Shown: positions 20,684-30,479, counted from the first letter of the stretch. The stretch: DNA of 42,830 bases from Chloroflexia bacterium (GCA_013697005.1 JACCXM010000033.1:1-42830); one strand, 5' to 3'. Notes: generated from the letters alone by a model not told the origin. Made by a program: numbers and translations.

Positions 20684-20730
20684 AGCCCTACGTTACCAAT
20701 TAATGCTGATCGTGCCCAAGTTCTGGACGA

Positions 20731-20760
20731 ATCGTATTGCGCACACCGCCCGCTTGTCAA
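20731..20760 (-). promoter_or_regulatory. Sigma70-type promoter of the ilv-leu operon
   Basis: Minus strand reads TTGACA, 18-nt spacer, TACGAT, about 47 nt upstream of the leader ATG. Confidence 0.7.
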
Positions 20761-20796
20761 ATAGGCGCCAGCGCCGGTGCGGGAATGGCGGTTCCA

Positions 20797-21324
20797 CTAT
20801 ACCTCTTCGACATCATCTGTAGGCTCTAAGTCATGCCGATAATGTCCGTTTTGCTGCGGGCAGACATGTGGCTCCGGCCCCATTGGTTCCCCACACATCG
20901 TGCATCGTGGGCGACCCGCGGCAACGACAGCGGCAGCCTCGATACTGAGTTCCCGCGCTTGCGCACGCGTCATGCGACACGCGAACGCGGCGTCCGCCTC
21001 TTCCTGACCGTTCAAGTCGTGCGCCACGACGACGATTCGGTCCTCGTCGTCGTCGTAACCGAGTTCCATGCGTCCCACGCGAAACTGTTTCCGTGTTTCG
21101 CGGTCAAATTCCGCGATACTGGATGCCCCACTGAGTGGGGATTCCGCGTCTGGCAGCCGCTCGAGCATCTGCTCGAGCGCCAGCCCCAGTGCTTGGAGCT
21201 GCTGTTTTTCCATCCAGACAGCGAACGTCTGGCCATTTACGATCGACAGGAGCCGGAACCTGCGGTCACCTGGTTCGCCAAGTGCTTCGATCTGCATTCG
21301 CTCCGCGTCGAGATCTCCACCCAT
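20797..21324 (-). CDS. DUF3090 family protein
   Basis: Motifs ALGEPGDRRF, EKQQLQAL, FRVGRMELGYD and the C-terminal AAGRPRCTMCGEPM...HVCPQQNGH. Confidence 0.8.
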   Translation of the reverse strand: MGGDLDAERMQIEALGEPGDRRFRLLSIVNGQTFAVWMEKQQLQALGLALEQMLERLPDAESPLSGASSIAEFDRETRKQFRVGRMELGYDDDEDRIVVVAHDLNGQEEADAAFACRMTRAQARELSIEAAAVVAAGRPRCTMCGEPMGPEPHVCPQQNGHYRHDLEPTDDVEEV

Positions 21325-21521
21325 GCGTACCAACCACCTGCTGACGGCAAAAAAGTATCTCTTGTGCCAGTTACTTGAGCTCGAGAATCATAGCATGGGC
21401 CATCGCGGCTCGAGTCGTCGTTTTGCGAGCCGCGTTCCGGCATTCTTTACTTGATTAGTCGAACGCGCGCTCCCTCCATATACTCGGTACTAGCATCAGT
21501 GCCGCTCCCTCCCGCGGCGGA

Positions 21522-22697
21522 TTGATGCTCGGGCAACCGGCTCTGCTTCGGGACGCGTCCAACGGGAAAGCAACGGTGCATCGACTCGGCCGAGGTTGGA
21601 AAGGGTTCGATTTTTATATTCTGGTGACGACGATTGTCCTCCTGGGCTTCGGCGCCTTGACAATTTATAGCGCTGATGGGGGTGGACCTTTGACTCCAAC
21701 GAACCTTGGAGTCCGGCAAGCACTGTACGGCGCACTCGGCATCGTCGTGATGCTCCTCGTGGCGAGTATCGACTATCGCATCCTGGGGTCGCTTTCCTGG
21801 GCTCTCTACGGGGCCTCGCTGTTGGCGCTCACCCTCGTCCTCATACCTGGAATTGGCACGGAGATTGCCGGATCCCGTCGCTGGTTCGATTTCGGATTTT
21901 CCACGGTACAGCCGTCGGAATTTGCGAAAGTTGCCACACTTTTGGCTCTTTCGGCGTTCGTCGCCTCGCGCGGCCCCGCAATGCGCGAATTCGGCAATTT
22001 CATTGTCTCGATCCTCATTGTTCTGGCGCCGTTGCTGCTGGTCTTTCGTCAACCGGACCTCGGCACCAGCCTGGTCTATGCCATTATCTGGGTTTCTGTT
22101 ATGACGATTACGCAGACTCGCAGACGCTATTGGTTGGCTATCCTCACAATTGCCCCGGTCGCGGTGCTGGCGACCTGGGAGTTTTTTCTCGCTGATTATC
22201 AGAAACGGCGCTGGTCGGTGTTCCTTAATCCGGAAGCAGATGCTCGCGGCGATGGCTTCAACCTCATTCAGGCTCGCATCAGTATCGGCTCAGGTGGATT
22301 GACTGGGTTCGGTATTGAAGGAGGTACGCAGAGCCAGCTTGGACTGCTCAAAGTTCGCGAATCGGATTTCATATTTGCCCACGCCAGCGGCATGTTCGGC
22401 TTTATGGGCATGGTTGCCCTCATGCTCATGTTCGCGATTCTTCTCTGGCGTTGCTTGGATGTATCCGCATCGGCGCGCGACGAACTGGGTCAAGCGCTTG
22501 CAATCGGCATCGCTGGGATGGTGTTCTTTCAGGCCTTCGTCAACATCGGAATGAATATCGGTCTGATGCCGGTCACAGGTGTTACACTGCCGTTCGTCAG
22601 CGCCGGGCTGTCATCACTTTGGACGTTTCTCATTGCCGAGGGAATCTTGCAAAGCATCTTGATCCGGCAGCGCAAGCTCGCGTTCCAACCCGTCTGA
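21522..22697 (+). CDS. rodA: SEDS family peptidoglycan glycosyltransferase (RodA-like)
   Basis: Multi-TM protein with GSRRW, QPSEFAK, QPDLGT, QARISIGSGG, DFIF and GLMPVTGVTLPFVS. Confidence 0.88.
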   Translation: MMLGQPALLRDASNGKATVHRLGRGWKGFDFYILVTTIVLLGFGALTIYSADGGGPLTPTNLGVRQALYGALGIVVMLLVASIDYRILGSLSWALYGASLLALTLVLIPGIGTEIAGSRRWFDFGFSTVQPSEFAKVATLLALSAFVASRGPAMREFGNFIVSILIVLAPLLLVFRQPDLGTSLVYAIIWVSVMTITQTRRRYWLAILTIAPVAVLATWEFFLADYQKRRWSVFLNPEADARGDGFNLIQARISIGSGGLTGFGIEGGTQSQLGLLKVRESDFIFAHASGMFGFMGMVALMLMFAILLWRCLDVSASARDELGQALAIGIAGMVFFQAFVNIGMNIGLMPVTGVTLPFVSAGLSSLWTFLIAEGILQSILIRQRKLAFQPV

Positions 22698-23519
22698 TTC
22701 GTTCCCCCGCATTTGTCGGGCCAGGGTGTAGAGATCGGATCGCGGCAATCCTGTCAGCGTCGCGGCTTCCCTCGCCGCCTGGCTCACGCTCATCCCTGCT
22801 CTGGCCAACATCCTCAGAAGTGACGGGACCTCTTCTTGCTTCACCTCGATTTCTGACCCTCCCCCAATAACCAGGACGATCTCACCTTTTGGCGAGTCTT
22901 TTCTGATCCACCCAAGGAGTTCCGCGATTGACCCAAACCGAATTTCTTCGTGGATCTTGGTCAACTCTCGCATCACTGTGGCTGGGCGGTCGCCGAGCAG
23001 ACCATGCAGCTCCTCTAGTAATTTTTCCACCCGCTGCGCCGACTCGAAGATAACGAGCGGGAATCCGGTTGCCGCGCCGCGAACGACAAGTCGCTTCCGC
23101 GGGTTGGCTTCACGCGGGAGAAAACCGAGACTGAGAAATGGCCCGTGAATCAGACCGCACGCGCTGACGGCCGCGGTCAGCGCGGACGGTCCGGGGATGG
23201 GAGATACCATGTGGCCCGCCTTGAGCGCGGCGGCTACCAATTCAGCGCCAGGGTCTGACACCGCGGGCGTCCCAGCATCGGTTATCAGCGCGACGTCCCC
23301 GGTTGCCAATGCAGTCATCAATTGGCCGCGTCGTCCCCGTTGGTTATGCTCGTGGTAGCTCAGCAAGGGTGTGGCAACGCCAAAATGGGCAAGCAAGCGC
23401 CGGCTGTGTCGAGTGTCTTCGGCGGCGATCAACGCCACCTCGTGCAGCGTACGCAGGGCCCTGGGTGAGAGGTCTTCAAGATTGCCTATCGGCGTGCCAA
23501 CGATGTAAAGAGTGCCCAA
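22614..23519 (-). CDS. rsmI: 16S rRNA (C1402-2'-O)-methyltransferase
   Basis: Motifs LYIVGTPIGNLEDLSPRA, AAEDTR, DAGTPAVSDPG, RELTKIHEE and KGE. Confidence 0.95.
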   Translation of the reverse strand: MGTLYIVGTPIGNLEDLSPRALRTLHEVALIAAEDTRHSRRLLAHFGVATPLLSYHEHNQRGRRGQLMTALATGDVALITDAGTPAVSDPGAELVAAALKAGHMVSPIPGPSALTAAVSACGLIHGPFLSLGFLPREANPRKRLVVRGAATGFPLVIFESAQRVEKLLEELHGLLGDRPATVMRELTKIHEEIRFGSIAELLGWIRKDSPKGEIVLVIGGGSEIEVKQEEVPSLLRMLARAGMSVSQAAREAATLTGLPRSDLYTLARQMRGNESDGLERELALPDQDALQDSLGNEKRPK

Positions 23520-23645
23520 TCTTTGCCTTTTTTCCCGTCAACCCAGAGCGATCGATCGCGCGCCTGACACTATCCTATACTCGCGTACGGACACGGTGAT
23601 TCGGCCCATGACTGCAATGACTACGCGCTTTGGAGGGATAACGGT

Positions 23646-25523
23646 ATGACGACCCCGTCGCTTTTTGGCGACACCCCAGATCCAGAGGGATCATTGCCGA
23701 GCGTGGGCCAGACTGACGCACCGCAAAGCGACAGCTCGCCAGTGTACCTGCCGACATCATCACTCTATCGGAAGTATCGCCCCCAGTCATTCAGCGTGCA
23801 GGAGCTCGTCGGCCAGGAGCATGTGGTCCGCACGATTCGCAATGCGATCGCACTCAACCGGGTCGCCCATGCGTACTTGTTCAGTGGTCCTCGCGGTACC
23901 GGGAAGACGACAACGGCGCGGCTGTTAGCCAAAGCGGTCAATTGTCTTCACGATGATCCCGATTATCGGCCATGTAACACATGTGTCAATTGTGCGGCAA
24001 TCAACGCCGGTGCCGCGTCTGATATCGTCGAGATCGATGCCGCCAGCAACCGCGGGATCGATGATATTCGCGATCTGCGGGAACGAGTCCGTTACGCGCC
24101 TTCGCAGCTTTCGTCCAAGGTGTACATCATTGACGAAGCTCATCAAATCACCGGAGCAGCCGCGAACGCCTTTCTCAAGACCTTGGAGGAACCACCGGAT
24201 CATACTCGGTTTATTTTGGCCACGACCGACCCCGAGCTCTTACTCCCCACGATTGTCTCGCGCTGCCAACGATTCGAGTTTCGTCGCGTCGGCGTCAGCG
24301 ACATCGCTCAGCGACTACGTACCGTGGCGGACGTTGAAAAGATCGTTATCGATGATGACGCTCTACGCCTCATCGCGCGACATGCGACGGGAAGTTTGCG
24401 AGACGCACTCGCACACCTGGAGCAGGTAGCCCTGTATTCGGCCAGATTCCAGGGTAATTCCTCACCGGGATCGATCACTGCGTCCGACACCAGGGCGGCG
24501 CTTGGATTGAGTCACGACGAGCGAGTGGATCAACTCCTCGCGGCAATCCAGCAGCGGGACACTGCGTGTGCCCTCCGCGTCGTCCAGGAAGCACTCGATC
24601 AGGGCGAGGATGCCAGACAACTCAATCGCCAACTTTTGAGTTTTGTCCGTCTGCTGATGATCGAGCGTTCCGGCGGCGGATCGGCGTCCTCCGACCGGAT
24701 TCGTGAGATGGCCTCCGCGTTTTCCTTGAATGAGCTCGCGATCCTGGCGCGGCGTTTTGGCGAGATCGATTTCAACATCAAACATGCACCGTATCCGCAA
24801 TTGCCGCTTGAAATTGCGCTTGTCGAGTCCACCGCGAATCCAGAACCCGAGAGTTTCAACGAGTCAATTGACCGCGACGCGCCGATCCCAAGAACCACCA
24901 TTCCGCGTCCGGCCACGTCACTTCGCGAACGCGCGCGAGGAAACTCGTCTATCCGCGAACTTCCACCGGCCCAACGCGCCCAGCTACGTCCGGCTGAGCC
25001 CGCGCCTGTAACACCGCTCCGTCCAGACCCTTCACCCCAGGTTGATTCCGAGCCGCGGCCAGACCCCGCTGAGAACTTCTCCGTTGCTCACATTGCCGAT
25101 CTCTGGCCGAGTGTCAGGGCCGATGTGAAGGCGGTAAATCGCAGAGTGGAGGCACTACTGAGCGAAGTCGATCCCGTCGCCGTTTCGGGCAACCAGATCA
25201 CCTTGGCGGTGCCCTATCCATTTCACCGCGACAAGCTGAACTCCGACGACGTGCGTGAAATACTTTCCTCTGTTCTTTCTCGGATATTGGAAAGAGACGT
25301 TACTCTGCTCTGCATCTTGCGAGGAGAGATGACCCTACTGGCTCCACCGCGTGTTTCCTCGAATGAGTCTGAATCGGCGATTCCCACCGAATCAGCGGCC
25401 GGATCACCGGACGATGAAGAACGAGCAAGAATTCGGTTGCAAGCGGCGATCAACATTTTCGATGCGGAAGAGATCGCTGACTCGCCGTTGGTAGCCCAAT
25501 CCACGTCCAGCGAGACTGTTTAG
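23646..25523 (+). CDS. dnaX: DNA polymerase III subunit gamma/tau
   Basis: Motifs LYRKYRPQSF, Walker A GPRGTGKTT, Zn-binding cysteines, EIDAASNRG, IIDEAH, LKTLEEPP and SRC. Confidence 0.97.
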   Translation: MTTPSLFGDTPDPEGSLPSVGQTDAPQSDSSPVYLPTSSLYRKYRPQSFSVQELVGQEHVVRTIRNAIALNRVAHAYLFSGPRGTGKTTTARLLAKAVNCLHDDPDYRPCNTCVNCAAINAGAASDIVEIDAASNRGIDDIRDLRERVRYAPSQLSSKVYIIDEAHQITGAAANAFLKTLEEPPDHTRFILATTDPELLLPTIVSRCQRFEFRRVGVSDIAQRLRTVADVEKIVIDDDALRLIARHATGSLRDALAHLEQVALYSARFQGNSSPGSITASDTRAALGLSHDERVDQLLAAIQQRDTACALRVVQEALDQGEDARQLNRQLLSFVRLLMIERSGGGSASSDRIREMASAFSLNELAILARRFGEIDFNIKHAPYPQLPLEIALVESTANPEPESFNESIDRDAPIPRTTIPRPATSLRERARGNSSIRELPPAQRAQLRPAEPAPVTPLRPDPSPQVDSEPRPDPAENFSVAHIADLWPSVRADVKAVNRRVEALLSEVDPVAVSGNQITLAVPYPFHRDKLNSDDVREILSSVLSRILERDVTLLCILRGEMTLLAPPRVSSNESESAIPTESAAGSPDDEERARIRLQAAINIFDAEEIADSPLVAQSTSSETV

Positions 25524-26851
25524 ATCGGCTGTGGCGTCGCCGCGGGCGTGCCGCTGATCGGCGTTCCGGCCGGCACGGGAGCCGCCCACAACACCCTGAC
25601 CTGCCCGTCGTGGCGAACTTCGAGCAACTCCTGCGCGCCAGTTCTTTCGCCAGGGTTTCCCTGCGTCGTGACGGCGATCACCAGCCCCTGATCGGTCCAC
25701 CAAATGTCATCGACGCTATCGACCGACGGCAGCGCTATTTTGAACCCCAAATGCGATTCCAGGTCCCGAACCCAAACGCTGTCAGCCCGAGGACCGTCCG
25801 GACCCGGAATCTGCACCGAATACGCCACGCTGCGGCCATCTGAAGATGGCCGGACATTCGTGACCCGGGCCACGGGGGCAACTGTTCCGGCGCTAACCAC
25901 CAACTCGCGGTTCGCGCCATCGGCATCGATCCGCCACAGGTCGATACCACCTACGGCTCCTCCGAGTTCCCCTCCCTCGGTGAAGAGGAGTGTATTGCCG
26001 TCCGGCATCCAGGCGAAGTCGACAACGAACCGGCCATCTGTGGGCACGATGAGGGTATCCACGCGGTGACTGTTGACGTCGAGAACCGAGAGGGACCGCG
26101 CGCGTTGGGAGTCGGTAACGGAAATGAACCCCACCCGTTCTCCAGTGGGTGACCACGCCGGGTTTACTACCGTTCCGGCGCCTACGCGGCCAATGAGCTC
26201 CATCTGATCCGCGTCGTCGTTCAGCGGCAGTGCAAAAATTGCTCCATTCCGAAACGACACCAACGCACGGTCACCCTGCGGTGACCAATCGATTGCCTCG
26301 GCAACCGACACTGGTTGGGGAGGCCCCGGCGTGGCAGGCACAACCTCGAGGTTTGCCAACCGCCCCACCGTCTCGCCGTCGCTAGCAAGGATCAGGACCT
26401 CATCGATCTGCCTGTCGGGCGCGGCAGAACTCAGCAGCACGGCAACCTGTTGGCCACTTGGGTCAGGATCAATCGCGACGATCGCCGAACCGGCCCGAGG
26501 CGTGAACAGGCGAGTCGCTCGTCCGCTACTTGCGATCGACCAAAGCGTGCCATCCACTACCGTGAAAACGCGGCTTGGTGCGCCGCGGGCCGCGAGAATA
26601 TCAGAGACCGTTGCCGGCGTCGCACTCGCCGGTGTGGCATCCACGGCCGATGTTGGTAATGGCAAAGGCGTGCCGAGTGGCGCGGAATCGGGCAATGACC
26701 GAGTCGGCATTGGATTATTCGCGAACTGGGGACCAGCGTCTTCTTCCGCGCAAGACACGAGGAAGAGACACACCACCACAATAAGGAATTGTGAGCCCCG
26801 AGTTGGGAGGATACGCTTCGCTGGATTCACTCCAGTTTGTCGGTATGGCAT
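25520..26851 (-). CDS. Lipoprotein with TolB/PD40-like beta-propeller repeats
   Basis: Lipobox FLVSC, Pro/Ala/Thr-rich linker and repeated WSPxG-type motifs (WSPQG, WSPTG, WMPDG). Confidence 0.72.
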   Translation of the reverse strand: MPYRQTGVNPAKRILPTRGSQFLIVVVCLFLVSCAEEDAGPQFANNPMPTRSLPDSAPLGTPLPLPTSAVDATPASATPATVSDILAARGAPSRVFTVVDGTLWSIASSGRATRLFTPRAGSAIVAIDPDPSGQQVAVLLSSAAPDRQIDEVLILASDGETVGRLANLEVVPATPGPPQPVSVAEAIDWSPQGDRALVSFRNGAIFALPLNDDADQMELIGRVGAGTVVNPAWSPTGERVGFISVTDSQRARSLSVLDVNSHRVDTLIVPTDGRFVVDFAWMPDGNTLLFTEGGELGGAVGGIDLWRIDADGANRELVVSAGTVAPVARVTNVRPSSDGRSVAYSVQIPGPDGPRADSVWVRDLESHLGFKIALPSVDSVDDIWWTDQGLVIAVTTQGNPGERTGAQELLEVRHDGQVRVLWAAPVPAGTPISGTPAATPQPI

Positions 26852-26947
26852 TGCAACACATGAATCGGCACGATCGTCGGCGCCTAACGTTGCTCAGACC
26901 ACAGACGATGCCAACAAGGATTCCGTATATTCTCCCGCGAAGGAGCA

Positions 26948-27976
26948 GTGGCTGTGGAGTTATTCAGCCAGGTTGCGACCCGGCCAGTCTACAACACGCG
27001 CGCGGTGGTTCTCCGCACCGGCGTTCCGGCGGACACGTTTCGTGCCTGGGAGCGTCGCCATGGACTCCCCGCTCCAGCGCGCACCGAGGGCAATCACCGG
27101 CTCTATTCCGATCGTGACGTAGCAACTATTTCCTGGCTGCGAGATCAAACTCTGACCGGAGTTACCATCCGGCAAGCGATTGCTCTGCTGAAGTCTCGCG
27201 AAGCATGGTATCCGGCATCCGATGCTACGGTCAGCGGGCCATCCCCGATCCGGGCGAACCCGGACCACTCGGCGATTCTTGGTCCTCGGCTTGCTCGTTT
27301 CTGCATCGGAATGGTGGCAGCGCTCGTGGCGTATGACTCACGTGCGGCGTCTCATCTCCTTGACGAGGCGTTCGCTTTCGCCCCCTTTGAGAATGTTTGC
27401 CTCCAGGTGCTGCAGGCAGGACTCTATGAAATCGGGGACCGCTGGCAGCGGGGAGAAGTACTCGTCAGTGGCGAGCACTTCGCCACGTCCTTTGTCGCAC
27501 GCAAACTTGGCGCATTCCTGAGCTCGTCTCGGCCGAAACTAGGAAGAGGGCCAATCCTCACTACGTGTCTGGAAGGGGAGCTGCACGAAGTCGGGATGCT
27601 CATGACAAGTGTGTTTCTCTCCCGACGGGGGTATTCGGTGGTTTACCTGGGACCCAACCTACCCACGGACGACTTGATCACGACCATTCAGAACATCCGG
27701 CCCCCGATGGTGCTGCTTTCGGCCTCCACCCGAGAAAGTGCGCGAAAACTCGCGCGATCCTCGAACGAGATCAAGTCGGCGTGTTCCGCGCTAGGCTCAC
27801 GACCATTCGTCCCGGAGATCGGCTTCGGGGGTCGAGTCTTTGTCGAAGACCCTTCGCTTTTGCGCGAGGTAGATGGCATTTTCTGCGGCCGCGATGTCGA
27901 CCATGCGGTAGCCTCGATCGAGTCTGTTCTCGACCTGACTCCGCCGGCGGCTGCCACGAAGACGGGCAGTGCATAG
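26948..27976 (+). CDS. MerR-family regulator with cobalamin-binding domain (CarH/LitR-like)
   Basis: MerR HTH (TFRAWERRHG...RTEGNHRLYS), Wx9EH (WQRGEVLVSGEH), ExHxxG (ELHEVG), YLGPNLP, LLSAS and GFGG. Confidence 0.88.
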   Translation: MAVELFSQVATRPVYNTRAVVLRTGVPADTFRAWERRHGLPAPARTEGNHRLYSDRDVATISWLRDQTLTGVTIRQAIALLKSREAWYPASDATVSGPSPIRANPDHSAILGPRLARFCIGMVAALVAYDSRAASHLLDEAFAFAPFENVCLQVLQAGLYEIGDRWQRGEVLVSGEHFATSFVARKLGAFLSSSRPKLGRGPILTTCLEGELHEVGMLMTSVFLSRRGYSVVYLGPNLPTDDLITTIQNIRPPMVLLSASTRESARKLARSSNEIKSACSALGSRPFVPEIGFGGRVFVEDPSLLREVDGIFCGRDVDHAVASIESVLDLTPPAAATKTGSA

Positions 27977-28090
27977 TCTTCGGTCGCCCACCGAATCCGA
28001 AAAATTGCCATGCTAGACTCAGGTTCCGGTCTTGCCGAAGTTCGCGTTCGGCGCGCTTCGGGCCGCGCCTCGAAATGTGGACGGACCTCT

Positions 28091-28402
28091 ATGCCACTCT
28101 CTCGCGAAGAAGTCGAGCATGTCGCGTCGTTGGCCAGACTCGGGCTGACGACCGAAGAATTGTCACTGATGCAAGACCAATTATCCTCGATCCTGGGACA
28201 CATCGCGGTCATCGATCAGGTCGACACCGCGATGATTTCGCCTACCGCCCAGGTAGGTTCGGTTTCCCTCCTGTTACGCGCCGACGTTGTCACGGCATCA
28301 CTGCCGCGGGATGCGGTCCTGGCCAATGCACCCCGGCAGCAAGATGGTTTCATTGAGGTTTCCGCGATTCTTGACGTCGTCAACGAGGAAACTGACTCGT
28401 GA
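28091..28402 (+). CDS. gatC: Asp/Glu-tRNA amidotransferase subunit C
   Basis: MPLSREEVEHVASLARL, LRAD and LANAP...DGF. It overlaps the gatA start. Confidence 0.92.
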   Translation: MPLSREEVEHVASLARLGLTTEELSLMQDQLSSILGHIAVIDQVDTAMISPTAQVGSVSLLLRADVVTASLPRDAVLANAPRQQDGFIEVSAILDVVNEETDS

Positions 28403-29877
28403 GTAACGGCGCCGCCGAGATCACGGCATTGACCGCGGCGGAAGCTCGCCGCGCGCTCGATGCACGAGAACTCTCCGCGATTGAGCTCACCCGCTCATAC
28501 CTCGCGCGCATTGACCGGCTGGATGACGAGATCGGCGCCTATTTGCATGTGATGCGGGACGTTGCGCTCTCCCAGGCAGAAACCGCGGATCGGCGCATTG
28601 CCGCGGGGAACTCTGAACCGATGACCGGCATCCCAGTCGCGCTGAAGGATGTGCTTTGCACGATCGACGCCCCGACGACCGCGGCTTCCAGGATTCTCGA
28701 AGGGTTTCGCCCTCCATACGACGCCACCGTTGTCAACCGCCTCCGCCGCCAGGGCGCCGTCTTCTTGGGCAAGGCCAACACCGACGAGTTCGCAATGGGC
28801 TCCTCCAATGAGAACTCGGCGTTTAAACCCGTCCGCAACCCGTGGCATCGCGATCGAGTGCCTGGAGGCAGCAGCGGAGGACCGGCTGCCGCCGTGGCGG
28901 CGGAAATGGCGATGGTCAGTCTCGGCTCGGACACCGGAGGTTCGATTCGGCAACCTGCCGGATTCTGCGGCGTCGTCGGACTGAAACCGACGTATGGGCG
29001 AGTCTCTCGGTTTGGCTTGCTTGCGTTTGCTTCGAGTCTGGACCAGATCGGACCGTTCGCACGCACCGTGCGGGATGCGGCCATGGTGCTTCAGGCAATT
29101 GCGGGCCATGACCCGTTCGACGCCACGTCGTCGCCTGAACCCAGCCCGGATTACTCGAGGGCGCTCTCGGGCGACATTCGCGGCATGAAGATCGGACTTG
29201 CCCGGGAATACACCGCCGATGGCATGGAAGACGGCGTCTTTGCGGCCTTCAACTCCGCGATCCATCGATTTAGGGCACTTGGTGCAGAGATTGTTAGCAT
29301 TGATTTACCGCATACCGAGTATGCACTTCCAACCTACTACATCACCGCTCCGGCAGAGGCGAGTGCAAATCTGGCTCGATATGACGGCGTGAAATATGGT
29401 TCCGTCGAGACCGCCTCCACACTGCGAGAAACGTATGCGCGGACCAGGGGCAAGGGATTCGGGCCTGAGGTGAAGCGCCGGATCATGCTCGGCACATACG
29501 CTTTGAGCTCTGGCTACTATGATGCGTATTACATCAAGGCTCAAAAAGTGCGCACGCTCATCAAGCAGGATTTTGATGCGGCATGGTCTAAAGTGGACGC
29601 CATCGTGGCGCCGACTTCGCCAACCGTCGCTTTTCCGTTAGGAGCCCGCACCGATGACCCATATCAAATGTACTTGGCGGACGTCTTTACAATTCCCGCG
29701 AACATGGCAGGCATCCCCGGCGTGGCGGTTCCCTGTGGATTCAGTGAAGAGCTTCCGGTCTCACTCCAGGTCTTGGGCCCGGCATTTGCTGAAGCGACGA
29801 TCCTGCGGATCGCCGACGCCTATGAGCGCACCGAATCATGGGCTGCGCGGCGGCCGCAAATTGCGGCCGCCGGTTAA
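28399..29877 (+). CDS. gatA: Asp/Glu-tRNA amidotransferase subunit A
   Basis: Amidase signature GGSSGG and GSDTGGSIRQPA, plus RYDG, EVKRRIMLGTYALSSGYYDAYY and MYLADVFT. Confidence 0.97.
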   Translation: MSNGAAEITALTAAEARRALDARELSAIELTRSYLARIDRLDDEIGAYLHVMRDVALSQAETADRRIAAGNSEPMTGIPVALKDVLCTIDAPTTAASRILEGFRPPYDATVVNRLRRQGAVFLGKANTDEFAMGSSNENSAFKPVRNPWHRDRVPGGSSGGPAAAVAAEMAMVSLGSDTGGSIRQPAGFCGVVGLKPTYGRVSRFGLLAFASSLDQIGPFARTVRDAAMVLQAIAGHDPFDATSSPEPSPDYSRALSGDIRGMKIGLAREYTADGMEDGVFAAFNSAIHRFRALGAEIVSIDLPHTEYALPTYYITAPAEASANLARYDGVKYGSVETASTLRETYARTRGKGFGPEVKRRIMLGTYALSSGYYDAYYIKAQKVRTLIKQDFDAAWSKVDAIVAPTSPTVAFPLGARTDDPYQMYLADVFTIPANMAGIPGVAVPCGFSEELPVSLQVLGPAFAEATILRIADAYERTESWAARRPQIAAAG

Positions 29878-29892
29878 TTTTGCCGGTACGGA

Positions 29893-29922
29893 TTGACACC
29901 AGTTTTGCAAGGTTGCTATCCT
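29893..29922 (+). promoter_or_regulatory. Sigma70-type promoter of tRNA-Lys
   Basis: TTGACA, 18-nt spacer, extended -10 TGcTATCCT, ending 8 nt before the tRNA. Confidence 0.7.
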
Positions 29923-29930
29923 TTCCGCGC

Positions 29931-30006
<76 letters not shown>

Positions 30007-30072
30007 GGGTTCGTTTTCCCACAAACAATGCAGGCCACGCCTTTGGGTGTGGCTGTATGTCGCAAACATCCC

Positions 30073-30477
30073 ATGTCTGATCCCCGAGCAACCGCCGGAC
30101 CAAGTGAAGATCTCGGACCGCTCCTGGTGCGGCTGCGCACTGAGCGTGGTCTGGCGCAAAAACAGGTAGCGCGAAGCGCGGAAATCAACGGCAGTACATT
30201 GAGTCGTCTCGAATCTGGCGAACGCGGCGTAAGCCGAGAAATCCTGGAACGCATCGGTGTCGTGCTCAACCTCGATCGGCAGGATCGCCTCAACCTCCTC
30301 GTTGCGGCTGGGTTTCTCACCGATGACGCCGGGAGATTACTCGCGGACGAATCCCTGGCCAGGTTTGCGCGAGTCTTGAGCGATCCTGCCACCCTTCCCG
30401 GAGACATCGTCGTCCTTCGCGGCTTTCTCGAGCTTGCTTTGGCACATGCTCGTGCACTCGGCTATGACTGTGACTGA
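30073..30477 (+). CDS. XRE-family helix-turn-helix protein
   Basis: HTH_3 pattern LRTERGLAQKQVARSAEINGSTLSRLESGER. ATG at 30073. The ORF-track start lies inside tRNA-Lys. Confidence 0.82.
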   Translation: MSDPRATAGPSEDLGPLLVRLRTERGLAQKQVARSAEINGSTLSRLESGERGVSREILERIGVVLNLDRQDRLNLLVAAGFLTDDAGRLLADESLARFARVLSDPATLPGDIVVLRGFLELALAHARALGYDCD

Positions 30478-30479
30478 GT

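Noticed and set aside
23646-25523. Programmed frameshift or slippage in dnaX producing gamma
   Set aside because: No A-AAA-AAG heptamer or long A run was seen in the gene.
17036-29877. Absence of ilvD from the ilv-leu operon and of gatB after gatCA
   Set aside because: Both genes are commonly encoded elsewhere, so this cannot be judged from one window.
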